A DNA stretch of 64,000 nt from Bacillota bacterium (GTDB lineage Bacteria; Bacillota; Sulfobacillia; JAJZYS01; JAJYTV01). Position numbers and translations under genes: made by a program. The stretch covers positions 52,423-116,422 of the forward strand of contig JAJYSZ010000001.1 in the NCBI GenBank assembly GCA_021793315.1, read 5' to 3'. Below, piece after piece: positions 28,696 through 37,235 of this stretch. Numbering within the stretch: position 1 is the stretch's first letter; every line of letters starts with the position of its first letter. The notes under the pieces are model-generated. The model was not told where the DNA came from. It was given only the letters and a program-made list of their open reading frames with translations, and did not search any database.

Positions 28696-28724
28696 AGTAT
28701 AGGCAGCAACCAGCCGGTCGTCAA
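28696..28724 (-). promoter_or_regulatory. sigma-A type promoter of imuB operon
   Basis: Minus-strand TTGACG-N17-TATACT, immediately followed by the LexA box. Confidence 0.6.
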
Positions 28725-28757
28725 CCCGGGGCAGGTGGCAATGCATGCATAAAAAGA

Positions 28758-28791
28758 CACCGCTCCCCTGCACACTGCAGAAGGAGCGGTG
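28758..28791 (-). terminator. Rho-independent terminator candidate (terminating the small upstream ORF)
   Basis: 9-bp perfect stem CACCGCTCC/GGAGCGGTG with a 16-nt loop, followed on the minus strand by TCTTTTTA. Confidence 0.5.
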
Positions 28792-28806
28792 CAAACGGGA
28801 GGCGGT

Positions 28807-28985
28807 TCAGGCGATCAAGCTGTAAATCCAAAGGAAGACGGCAAGCGTGATGACGCCGACGAGTACGGCATCCATGTCCACCACGGTCCCCTGCACGGCG
28901 CTCCCGGCAGCGAGGGCAACTTGTCCGAGCATCATCGCGCCGGAGAACACGCCAAGGAACAGCCAACGACGCAACTCCGCCACCC
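28807..28985 (-). CDS. small hydrophobic membrane protein (59 aa, GTG start), speculative
   Basis: VAELRRWLFLGVFSGAMMLGQVALAAGSAVQGTVVDMDAVLVGVITLAVFLWIYSLIA with one clear TM helix. Extended -10 TGCTACAAT just upstream. Own terminator. Missed by the track (<60 aa, non-ATG). Confidence 0.3.
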
Positions 28986-29252
28986 CCCATGCGTACGACG
29001 CACATTGTAGCAGAATTGCGCCAAATGCTCATGGTCATTTGGCCGTTGGCGTGGCCAGGCGGACCAGCACCGCGTCGCCGCGCGACCGAAGACGCCCAAA
29101 TCGCACCAAGGCTCCACAGCGGCAGGAGCGGCCAACAAAGCCAGAGAATTCACCTGTACGGATCTACACGGCATTTAGTAAAATGCACGGAAAGGATCGT
29201 CGGCCTAGCGGCTGACGACCCGAGATCCGCGGCGGAGTGGGAGGTGTTCCGC

Positions 29253-29705
29253 ATGGCCCACCGGTTGTTCACGGTGTCCGAGGCGAACGCTCTCGTGCCA
29301 TTCCTGGAAGGCCATCTTCGACGCCTTCAGGAACTGCAACGGCAGGCACAGTCCCACTTCGAGGAGATGGAGCGGATCAAGGCGGTCGGCTACAAGCCTG
29401 ACGGCAAGCTGATCCTGCAGCGGGACTTCCAGGACACCCGGGACGCCTTCGACCGCTCGGTTGCGGAGGCGAACGCCCGGATCGCCGACATCAACCGCAC
29501 CGGCTGCCAGCTCAAGAGCGTGGAGTCAGGGCTTGTGGACTTCCCGAGCGTGCTTGAAGACCATGAGGTGCTGCTCTGCTGGAAGGTCGGCGAAGACGCC
29601 CTGCGTCACTTCCACTCGCCACTTGAGGGCTTCGACGGACGCCGCCAGCTGCCCGACTGGGCGCTGCCGCAGGAGTCCAGCGACCCGAACGCAAACGCGA
29701 GCTGA
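29253..29705 (+). CDS. hypothetical protein, DUF2203-like
   Basis: ATG 29253 with GGGAGG RBS. MAHRLFTVSEANALVPFLEGHLRRLQELQRQ... resembles the DUF2203 N-terminus (F-T-x-EEANALLP). Confidence 0.5.
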   Translation: MAHRLFTVSEANALVPFLEGHLRRLQELQRQAQSHFEEMERIKAVGYKPDGKLILQRDFQDTRDAFDRSVAEANARIADINRTGCQLKSVESGLVDFPSVLEDHEVLLCWKVGEDALRHFHSPLEGFDGRRQLPDWALPQESSDPNANAS

Positions 29706-29794
29706 ACGGACCATTGAACGACGGCGGGTCGCCTCGAAGGCGGCCCGCCGTCCTGTTGTTCTCGCGCAAACCCCGAGCCGGCCGCGTGGCCCTG

Positions 29795-30613
29795 CTACGC
29801 CAGGGCCGCTGCGAACAGGATGTGGCCACCCGCATCCGGGCTGTGCCTGCAGGCGTCGCACTCCGCTTCGAGCAGTGCGGCGAACATCTCAGGGCGACTC
29901 TTGAGCGCTGCGAGCTGCGCGTCCGGCAGCGAGAGCAGGCAGTCGGTCGCGGAGAGGTCGAGGACGTGCAGTCCGCTGCGTCCGAGCAGGGCCCGCAGTT
30001 CCTCGGCGTGCAGCATCTTCGCCTGGTGCTCGGAAAAATGCTCCGTCAGCAGACCCGTGCGGTAAACCTCGAGCAGTTCCTTGCCGCCGATCGACGGCTC
30101 GGGCAGCCAGCCCGTATGGAGCGCCATGCCGAGGGCTCCCATGGTGCTCATGACGCTGCCGACCAGGCGCCCGCCCGGCCTCAGAAGACGGGCAAGCAGC
30201 CTCAGGCCGGCTTCCATGTCTTCCGGATAGTAGTTCAGGGCGCCGCCGAGGCAGAGGATGACATCGAACGTGCCGACGTCCAGGTCGCCAAGCTCAAAGA
30301 GACTCAGGTGCAGAAAGCCTTCAGCGGACAGGCCATGCTCGGCGAACCGCTCCCGCGCCGCGTCGAGCATGGCAGAAGAGATGTCGAGCAGGGTGACCTG
30401 GGCCCCGCGGCGCGCGAGCCCGAGCGCGAAGCGCCCGGGGCCGCTGCCGACGTCCAGGGTGCGCCCGGCGGGCAGTGCCCAGCGCCGGAGGAACTCGGCG
30501 ATCACCAAAAGCTGCACTTCGCCGAGCGGCGTTTCAAAGCGGCCCCATTCCCGCCCTGCCCCATACCCGTCATAGAAGGCCTCGATCCGGCCCTCGCGAT
30601 CGCGCAGGTCCAC
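29795..30613 (-). CDS. class I SAM-dependent methyltransferase
   Basis: Motif I LDVGSGPGRF, motif II/III spacing. 272 aa. Confidence 0.85.
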   Translation of the reverse strand: MDLRDREGRIEAFYDGYGAGREWGRFETPLGEVQLLVIAEFLRRWALPAGRTLDVGSGPGRFALGLARRGAQVTLLDISSAMLDAARERFAEHGLSAEGFLHLSLFELGDLDVGTFDVILCLGGALNYYPEDMEAGLRLLARLLRPGGRLVGSVMSTMGALGMALHTGWLPEPSIGGKELLEVYRTGLLTEHFSEHQAKMLHAEELRALLGRSGLHVLDLSATDCLLSLPDAQLAALKSRPEMFAALLEAECDACRHSPDAGGHILFAAALA

Positions 30614-30699
30614 GTCACGCCTCCCGTTCGGCTTTCGTCGCCAACCGCTTGGCCAACGAGAAAGTGTTGTCGCGCACGCAACCGCGTTCCTGCCGCTGC

Positions 30700-31254
30700 C
30701 TAGAGGCCGAGCTCCGCCCTGGCTTCCTGCAACGCCGCGATGACGTTCTGGATGTGCTCGTCGAGCGGCACGCCGAGTTCCTCCGCCCCCTGGACGATGT
30801 CATCGCGGTTGACGCCGCGCGCGAATGCCTTGTCTTTCATCTTCTTGCGCACCGACTTCGCCTCGAGGTTGTCGAGTCGCTCGGGCCGCACGAGCGCCAC
30901 CGCCACCACGAGGCCCGACAGCTCGTCCACGGCGAAGAGCGTCTTCGCCATGTCGGTCGTCCGAGCCACCCCGGTGTGGTTGCCGTGCCCGAGGATGGCC
31001 TGCAGCATGTCTTCGGGATAGCCATGCTGGCGCAGGATCTCGACGCCCTTGTAGGGATGGTCCTCGAGGCTCGGGTAGATCTCGTAATCCATGTCGTGCA
31101 GCAGGCCTGTCAGGCCCCAGCGCTCAGGGTCCTCCCCCCGCAGCATGGCGTAGTGCCGCATCGCGGCCTCCACCGCCAGGGCGTGCTTCAGGAGCTGCGG
31201 CGACTTCGTGTACTCGCCGAGCAGCGCAAAGGCTTCGGCACGGGTCTTCTCCAA
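30700..31254 (-). CDS. HD-domain phosphohydrolase
   Basis: H...HD motif (LLHDMD) and downstream His/Asp ligands. 184 aa. Confidence 0.85.
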   Translation of the reverse strand: MEKTRAEAFALLGEYTKSPQLLKHALAVEAAMRHYAMLRGEDPERWGLTGLLHDMDYEIYPSLEDHPYKGVEILRQHGYPEDMLQAILGHGNHTGVARTTDMAKTLFAVDELSGLVVAVALVRPERLDNLEAKSVRKKMKDKAFARGVNRDDIVQGAEELGVPLDEHIQNVIAALQEARAELGL

Positions 31255-31258
31255 GTGG

Positions 31259-31687
31259 TTACTCCCCCTTGATCTCGATATCGGACGGCACCGGCAGAAA
31301 GGTTCCCTCCGCCTCGGCCACCACGTCCCCCGCGACGCGGATCACCGCCTCGGTCCTGGCAAAGCGGCGGCTGGCGCGCAGGCATCTCGCGTCCACCTGG
31401 AAGACCTGCTCCGTCGGCAGTGGCCTGCGGTAGCGCACGGAGATCTCGGCGGTCGCCACGCCTGGCATGCCGCGCATCGCGACAGCGTAGTACATCGCCT
31501 CGTCGAGAACCGCCGCGACGATTCCGCCGTGGCTGCGGCCGACAAAGCCCTGCAGATGGGCCGGCACGACCCCCTCGGCCCGGGCGCCGTCGTCCGTCTT
31601 CTCGAAATGCAGGTGCAGTCCCTGTTCGTTCTCGGCGCCGCAGACGAGGCAGCTGCCGTCGTCACGCCAGATCGACTGCCCGCTCAA
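31259..31687 (-). CDS. PaaI/4HBT-family hotdog thioesterase
   Basis: GGIVAAVLDEAMYYAVAMRG motif. 142 aa. Overlaps the upstream CN-hydrolase by 4 nt. Confidence 0.8.
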   Translation of the reverse strand: MSGQSIWRDDGSCLVCGAENEQGLHLHFEKTDDGARAEGVVPAHLQGFVGRSHGGIVAAVLDEAMYYAVAMRGMPGVATAEISVRYRRPLPTEQVFQVDARCLRASRRFARTEAVIRVAGDVVAEAEGTFLPVPSDIEIKGE

Positions 31688-32742
31688 TGCGTTCCGCCCC
31701 GCCAGAAGCCAGAGTAGACGCGCGGGAAGTAGCGCTCGTAGAGTGCGGGGTTGAGCTGCAGGGGCTGCTCCTCCCGCAGGTGGCGCAGGGCCGCCACGTC
31801 GAGGTCCGCCAGTACGAGCGCCTCCCCCTCGGGACGGTCCGAGATCGCGAGGCGCCCGTCTCCGTGCTCGGTCAGGGCGAGCGGCGCATAGATGCCGGCA
31901 TGCCCCGTCAGGCGCATGCCAAGCGCCTCGCCGACCAGGGCCCCCTGCACGCCGAAGACCTGCGACTCCTGCACGCGCGGCCAGATGCCGCGCAGCGCTT
32001 TCCAGGGGCTGTACGGATACTCGGGGTCCGCCATCGGCAGCACGACGATCTCGGCACCGAGCTGGCGCAGGATGCGGAACGTCTCGAAGAAGGTCGCGTC
32101 CATGCAGACCGGCAGGCCGATCCTGCCCAGGGCCGTGTCGAAGACCTCGAGGTCTTCACCGGCCGTCAGCCCCCACTCCTCTTCGAGGGGCAGCAGATGG
32201 CACTTGGCCTGCTGCAGGATGCGCCCTTCGGGCGTGAAGAGATGGCCGATGTTGAGCACCCGTTGGTCGGCGAGCGGCAGGACGGCGGAGCCCGCTGCGA
32301 TGTGCACGCCGTAGCCCCGGGCGAGTGTCGCGAAGGTGGTCTCGTAGATGCGTCGCGTCGCACGTCCCAGCAGGCGGAAGAGGTCCGCCACCTGGACGTC
32401 CTCGCCGACCTGGCGCAAGGCCTCGTCCACCGTGAAGTTCTTCAGCATCGGGCCGAGACCGGGCATGACGCCGACCAGAAGACTGGCGGTGTCCTCCGGG
32501 AAGGCGACGAGTTCGGCCCCCTCGCCGACGGCGGCCCGGACCCTGTCGTAGATGAGGTCGGCGAATTCCTCCGCACTCTCGCAGAGCCGCCACTCCATCT
32601 GCACGGCGGCCGCACGGACGACGCCCACCTCGGGCGTGCGCACGCGATGGCGGAAGCCGCGCCGGTGCAGTCGCCGCGTGACGCGGCCGGGTCGCGAGCG
32701 CATCTGCAGCATGAACTGCAGGGTGAAGTCGCGCAGGTTCAT
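31684..32742 (-). CDS. carbon-nitrogen hydrolase (nitrilase superfamily), catalytic triad intact
   Basis: VRAAAVQM start of the CN domain. E in ELVAFPE, K in QQAKCHL, C in GLPVCMDATFFE. Confidence 0.8.
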   Translation of the reverse strand: MNLRDFTLQFMLQMRSRPGRVTRRLHRRGFRHRVRTPEVGVVRAAAVQMEWRLCESAEEFADLIYDRVRAAVGEGAELVAFPEDTASLLVGVMPGLGPMLKNFTVDEALRQVGEDVQVADLFRLLGRATRRIYETTFATLARGYGVHIAAGSAVLPLADQRVLNIGHLFTPEGRILQQAKCHLLPLEEEWGLTAGEDLEVFDTALGRIGLPVCMDATFFETFRILRQLGAEIVVLPMADPEYPYSPWKALRGIWPRVQESQVFGVQGALVGEALGMRLTGHAGIYAPLALTEHGDGRLAISDRPEGEALVLADLDVAALRHLREEQPLQLNPALYERYFPRVYSGFWRGGTH

Positions 32743-33749
32743 GGCAGTCTCCTGTATACGAGCGGCAGATACTTGCGGTAGAGACCCGGATTCAGGTGGC
32801 GCAGCAGGGGGTAGTCGCGGCGCACCTTCTGGATATCGTCGACGCGCAGCGCAGCCACCTGCGCCCCCGTACCCACGAAGTAACCCGGCCGCGGGAGGAA
32901 GCCGGCGTCGTCTTCCGTCATCTCGCAGGGCGCCAGGATCGCAGCCCGGCCGGCATAGGCGCGCTCGCCGACCATGCCGTAGAGGCCCGCCTCGACGCCG
33001 AACACCTGATTCTGCTGCACCTCCTGCCAGAGACCCCAGAGCGCCTCCTCCGATGGGTAGGGCGCTGCCGGCGCCAAGGGCGCGAGGAGAATATCGGCGC
33101 CCTGCAGCGTCAGGATGCGGCTCACTTCCGGGTACCAGGCGTCTCTTCCGACAAGCAGGCCGACCTTGACTCCGGCATCGACCGCGATCGGGGAGATTTC
33201 GTCCGATACCGCCTGCACCAGCGCGTCACGGTGCGTCTGCAGCTGCTCGCCCACCAGGTTGCCCTGGCGGTCGAACACGGCGGCATACTGCTGCAGGCGG
33301 GACTGTGGGGTCATGAGATACACCGTGCCTGGCACGACGACGGCGCCGAGCGTGCGTGCGGCATAGCTGCCTGCGGCCAGATAGGCGTCCTTGAGCGATG
33401 CGTCCGCAAGTGCCGACCCCTCAGGGTCGGCCAGATCCAGCTGTGGAACGAGACCCAGCGCCAGCAGGCCTGGGAACAGGTAGAGGTCGGCCGGATTGCG
33501 CTGGGCTGTGGACTCCGCGGCCTGCACCAAGGCGCGGCCAAAGGATGCTGCGTCGGGTGCGGCGAACGGTGGGAGGCGAAACGTCGCCACGGTGAAGTCG
33601 CGCTCCAGCGTTGCCCCTCCTCGCACGAAGCTACAAGCCCGTTTGACGCATTTCCGACATATATCGGCAAACTCCTGCAGAAAGGGATGCACCATCATCG
33701 AAGACTCATCCGCCATGAGCCTTGCGGCATGGGAGCAGGGCTTCGCCAC
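32739..33749 (-). CDS. CN-hydrolase paralog lacking the E-K-C catalytic triad (probable pseudoenzyme)
   Basis: Same fold and C-terminal tail as the neighbour, but LYLFPG (E to G), QTHRD (K to R) and GLLVGRDAWYPE (C to G). ATGA overlap with the downstream active paralog. The true start may be internal (MMVHPF...). Confidence 0.65.
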   Translation of the reverse strand: MAKPCSHAARLMADESSMMVHPFLQEFADICRKCVKRACSFVRGGATLERDFTVATFRLPPFAAPDAASFGRALVQAAESTAQRNPADLYLFPGLLALGLVPQLDLADPEGSALADASLKDAYLAAGSYAARTLGAVVVPGTVYLMTPQSRLQQYAAVFDRQGNLVGEQLQTHRDALVQAVSDEISPIAVDAGVKVGLLVGRDAWYPEVSRILTLQGADILLAPLAPAAPYPSEEALWGLWQEVQQNQVFGVEAGLYGMVGERAYAGRAAILAPCEMTEDDAGFLPRPGYFVGTGAQVAALRVDDIQKVRRDYPLLRHLNPGLYRKYLPLVYRRLP

Positions 33750-35034
33750 AGGTGCATGGGCGGCTGGCGAGGACTACGTCCTGGCTGAGCGCGTGCAGGA
33801 CCTGCGACGCGACCGGAAGACGCTCGCCGGGCGGGTTCGCGGCGCCCACGGCGACTATTGGGTGCGGCTCGAGCTCGCGCTGCCTGTCGCTTCGGTCTGC
33901 GATTGTGGCAGGCCGCGCTGCCGGCACGCCGCCGCCATCGTCCAGGCGTATCATGCCCGCAGATTGCCAGTGACCGACGTCGGCCGAATGGTGGAGGAGT
34001 TCCTGGCCCATCCGCGCAGGGAACCTCTGGCCGCGGCAGCCATGGGCGAGGACCTTGTCGCCGCCATGGCGCTGCCGCCGCTGGACGTCGAGGACGTCTG
34101 GGCGCTTCAGGGCGAGCGCCGCCTGCTGGCCCTGGACGCGGCCCTGCGCGTCGCACCCGATCCGCATCACCTCCTCTTGCGGGCTCTGCCCGAGGCGGAA
34201 CACGACCCCGATCTGCAGGCACTCCTGGCGAGCGCCCTGTCGGATCGGTCGCCGTCCGCCGCCACCTGGCCATCGCTGCTGCGCCAGGCGCCGGAACCCC
34301 TTGCACCGCTGCTGGCCGATCTGAGGCCGCAGGACCTCTCCCCCGAGGCGATCCTGGCAGCGCTCTGGCAGGCCGGCGCGGACGGCGACCGGCGGGGGCT
34401 TGTGCGCCTGGCGCCGCACGCAGCGGCTATCGCGCCCAGGCAGGCCTACCATGCGCTCGACGCTCTCGCCCAGGGTACGCCCGAGCTGATTTTGGCGCTG
34501 CTCGCCGCGGCCAGGAGCGCGGGCTGCCTGCAACGCGCCGCGGTGCGCCTGCTGCGGAGGGCGGACAGCCTGCCGCAAGCGCAGGCGAAGACGATCCATG
34601 AGGTGCTGGTCCGTCAGGAGGACCTGCCGCTCCGCCTCAAGGTGCTCCTGCGCGTGCGCGCGGCGGCCGACGCCGGCGGCTCCGCGCAGATCCTCGCCGC
34701 ACGGCGCGCGGCCATCTCGGCAGGCGTTTGGCCCAGCTTGCGCCCAGGGATGCTGCGGCGCATCCAGCATCGCCCCGACGGCCCCATCCTGGAGACGCAA
34801 CTGCTGCTCGCGGAGGGCGACCTCGATGCTGCCGCGCGGGCCGCCGATCGCTGCCGGTCCTCGCCGCTGCCGGAGCACCTGGTGGCCGAGGCCCTGCGCT
34901 CGGTCGATCCGGCGTCGGCACGGCGTCACGAACTCAGGGCGCAGGCCCTCGCAGCGCAGCTTGCCGGTGCCGAAGATCGGCCGCGGGGCAGGTTCGGCGG
35001 CGGACGAGGAAGAAATCCTAGGCCACGGAGGTGA
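33715..35034 (+). CDS. SWIM zinc-finger domain protein with long alpha-helical repeat region
   Basis: YWVRLELALPVASVCDCGRPRCRHAAAIVQAY is a CxC-Xn-CxH SWIM motif. 440 aa, Ala/Leu-rich helical C-terminus. Confidence 0.7.
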   Translation: MSLAAWEQGFATGAWAAGEDYVLAERVQDLRRDRKTLAGRVRGAHGDYWVRLELALPVASVCDCGRPRCRHAAAIVQAYHARRLPVTDVGRMVEEFLAHPRREPLAAAAMGEDLVAAMALPPLDVEDVWALQGERRLLALDAALRVAPDPHHLLLRALPEAEHDPDLQALLASALSDRSPSAATWPSLLRQAPEPLAPLLADLRPQDLSPEAILAALWQAGADGDRRGLVRLAPHAAAIAPRQAYHALDALAQGTPELILALLAAARSAGCLQRAAVRLLRRADSLPQAQAKTIHEVLVRQEDLPLRLKVLLRVRAAADAGGSAQILAARRAAISAGVWPSLRPGMLRRIQHRPDGPILETQLLLAEGDLDAAARAADRCRSSPLPEHLVAEALRSVDPASARRHELRAQALAAQLAGAEDRPRGRFGGGRGRNPRPRR

Positions 35035-35038
35035 GGCG

Positions 35039-35500
35039 GTGGACCGGCTTCAGCGGCTTCGGGAGGCACTGAGCGAACAAGAGTGGCTCGAGCTTGGGCG
35101 CCTCGTGCCGGAGGGCGCGACACTGCCTTTCGACCACCCCGAACAACTTGACGGCCTTATCGCCAAAGCCGACGACGGGGCAATGGAACTCCTGATCAAA
35201 TGTCAGGCCCTCCTAAACGCCGATCTGCCCCCCGCCATCCCCCCGGCCCGCACCGACGCGACCCTCGTGTTCGCCTTCGAGCCCGAGTCGAGGGAGCTCG
35301 ATCATTTTCTCGGCTCTCTGCGCCGCAACGGCTTCCAGGCCACGACACTCGAGGGCGTCGAAGCTACGGTGCACGTCTACCTCGACGGCGTCACGGACCA
35401 GGAGTTCTTTCATCTGAAGGAGACGGTCCGCTCGCTCTACGAGTTCACCCGCATGGCCCTCGGGCGCAACCCGAAAGGGCGGCGGCTGCACACGTCTTGA
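35039..35500 (+). CDS. hypothetical protein translationally coupled to SWIM protein
   Basis: GTG 35039 lies 7 nt after a GGAGG that overlaps the SWIM stop codon (35032-35034). 153 aa, no family recognised. Confidence 0.45.
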   Translation: MDRLQRLREALSEQEWLELGRLVPEGATLPFDHPEQLDGLIAKADDGAMELLIKCQALLNADLPPAIPPARTDATLVFAFEPESRELDHFLGSLRRNGFQATTLEGVEATVHVYLDGVTDQEFFHLKETVRSLYEFTRMALGRNPKGRRLHTS

Positions 35501-35606
35501 GACGAGGACAGGTCTGGCGCAGAATACCTTGTGCCGGGTGCACGGAACGCAAGCAGGGGGGATCGCCGTGCGGCGACTTCGTCCAGATTTCGGTTTGAAT
35601 CTGCGC

Positions 35607-36467
35607 ATGCTGTTTTCGCTGCTGCTTCTCGCGGCGCTCTACACGCTGTTCGTCTGGATCCTGCTGCAGGCAGGGGTTGGCTTCTTCGGCATCGTGGTGT
35701 TCGCGGGCGGGCTCCTGCTGGTGCAGTACTATTTCTCGGACCGGCTCATCCTGGCGACGATGGGCGCGCGCATCCTGCGCCCCGGCGAGGATCCTGATCT
35801 CGAGCAGATGGTGGCGCGCCTCGCACAGCTTGCAGATATCCCCGCTCCGAAGATCGCCCTGGTCCGCACGGACATGCCGAACGCGTTTGCCACGGGCCGT
35901 TCGCCGCGCCATGCGGTCGTGGCCGTGACGACCGGGCTGCTGCAACGCCTGACGCCGGGCGAGGTGGAGGCCGTGCTGGCACACGAGATCACGCACGTCC
36001 ACAACCGTGACATGGCGCTGATCACGATGGCGAGCTTCTTCGCCACCATCGCGTCCTACATCGTGCAGATGGCCTTCTGGTTCATGCCGCTCGGCGGCTT
36101 CGGTGGCGGCTTCGGCGGCAACCGTCGCGACGGCGGCAATGCGGCACTGGTGTACCTCGCCTCGTTCATCGTGTGGATCATCTCGTTCTTCCTGATCCGC
36201 GCCTTCTCGCGCTACCGCGAATACGCCGCCGACCGCGGCTCCGCCATCCTGACGGGCCAGCCGGCGCAGCTGATGTCTGCGCTGCAGAAGCTGCACCAGT
36301 CCAGCCGCATCCCGCGCAAGGACCTCAGGCACGCCGAGACGCTGCAGGCGCTCTTCATCATGCCGGCGGCCACGCAGAGCGCGATCTACGAGCTCTTCCA
36401 GACGCACCCGACGCTCGAGCACCGCCTGGACCACCTGCGCCGACTCGAGCAGGAGATCAACCAGTGA
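35607..36467 (+). CDS. htpX: zinc metalloprotease HtpX (M48)
   Basis: N-terminal TM pair, HEITHVHNRDMA (HExxH), downstream Glu ligand region. Aligns with HtpX along its length. Confidence 0.85.
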   Translation: MLFSLLLLAALYTLFVWILLQAGVGFFGIVVFAGGLLLVQYYFSDRLILATMGARILRPGEDPDLEQMVARLAQLADIPAPKIALVRTDMPNAFATGRSPRHAVVAVTTGLLQRLTPGEVEAVLAHEITHVHNRDMALITMASFFATIASYIVQMAFWFMPLGGFGGGFGGNRRDGGNAALVYLASFIVWIISFFLIRAFSRYREYAADRGSAILTGQPAQLMSALQKLHQSSRIPRKDLRHAETLQALFIMPAATQSAIYELFQTHPTLEHRLDHLRRLEQEINQ

Positions 36468-37033
36468 GCTTCTTCGACGCGCTGTTCGGGCGCACACGCC
36501 TCAAGAAGCCGCAGTTCGACCCGTTCTTCCGTCTGAGCACCGCCATGGCGGACCTGGAGGCCAAGGGCCTGACCTTCGCGGGGGCTGGCGGCGTGTGCTG
36601 CCGGCCGAGCGAGGAACAGGCCTTCGCCGACGCTCTTCGCCAGGCCGAAGATGTGACGCGGCTCTATGCCGACGAGCACAAGCTGGCGCTCGCGTGCACC
36701 GACGACAAGGAGCGCTTTCGCTGGATCGTGCTGCACGGCCCGGCCGAGGACGTGATCACAGGCCTGCACGCACTCGGTGACACGCTCGCGGACCAGGGCT
36801 ACGGCGGGGCACTTCTTGCGGCTCTCTTCCCTTTCCGGGACAGGGATGGCACGTCGTTCCTCGTCTACAACTACAAGCGCGGCCGCTTCTACCCGTTCCG
36901 GCCTGCGGCGCGGGAAGACCGCGACGAGGCCCGCGAGATCCAGCTCCAGACCCTGCTCACGCCGTTCCTGCCGATGGAGCCGGAACTCGAGCGCTGGTAC
37001 CCGATCTGGGACAATCCGCTGAGTGACGTTTGA
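36464..37033 (+). CDS. hypothetical protein, GTGA-coupled to htpX
   Basis: GTG 36464 overlaps the htpX TGA. AGGAG RBS 8 nt upstream. VSFFDALFGRTRLKKPQFDPFFRLSTAMADLEAKGLTFAG... 189 aa, no family confidently recognised. Confidence 0.55.
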   Translation: MSFFDALFGRTRLKKPQFDPFFRLSTAMADLEAKGLTFAGAGGVCCRPSEEQAFADALRQAEDVTRLYADEHKLALACTDDKERFRWIVLHGPAEDVITGLHALGDTLADQGYGGALLAALFPFRDRDGTSFLVYNYKRGRFYPFRPAAREDRDEAREIQLQTLLTPFLPMEPELERWYPIWDNPLSDV

Positions 37034-37235
37034 CGATCTCGTCGCCCTTTCGAAGGCGGCCCGCGCTCCCAGGCGCGGGCCGCCTTCGCGCGTGCTGGGC
37101 CACGGGCCGGCGGAGGCATGCACCTGACGGCACAAGGGCAGGCTACTTGCTCGATGGCACTTTTAGCCGCTTCTCAGGCTATCTCGAAGGACCCGATGCT
37201 AGAATGAGCCCTGGATCGCAGTAAGGAGGGCTTAT

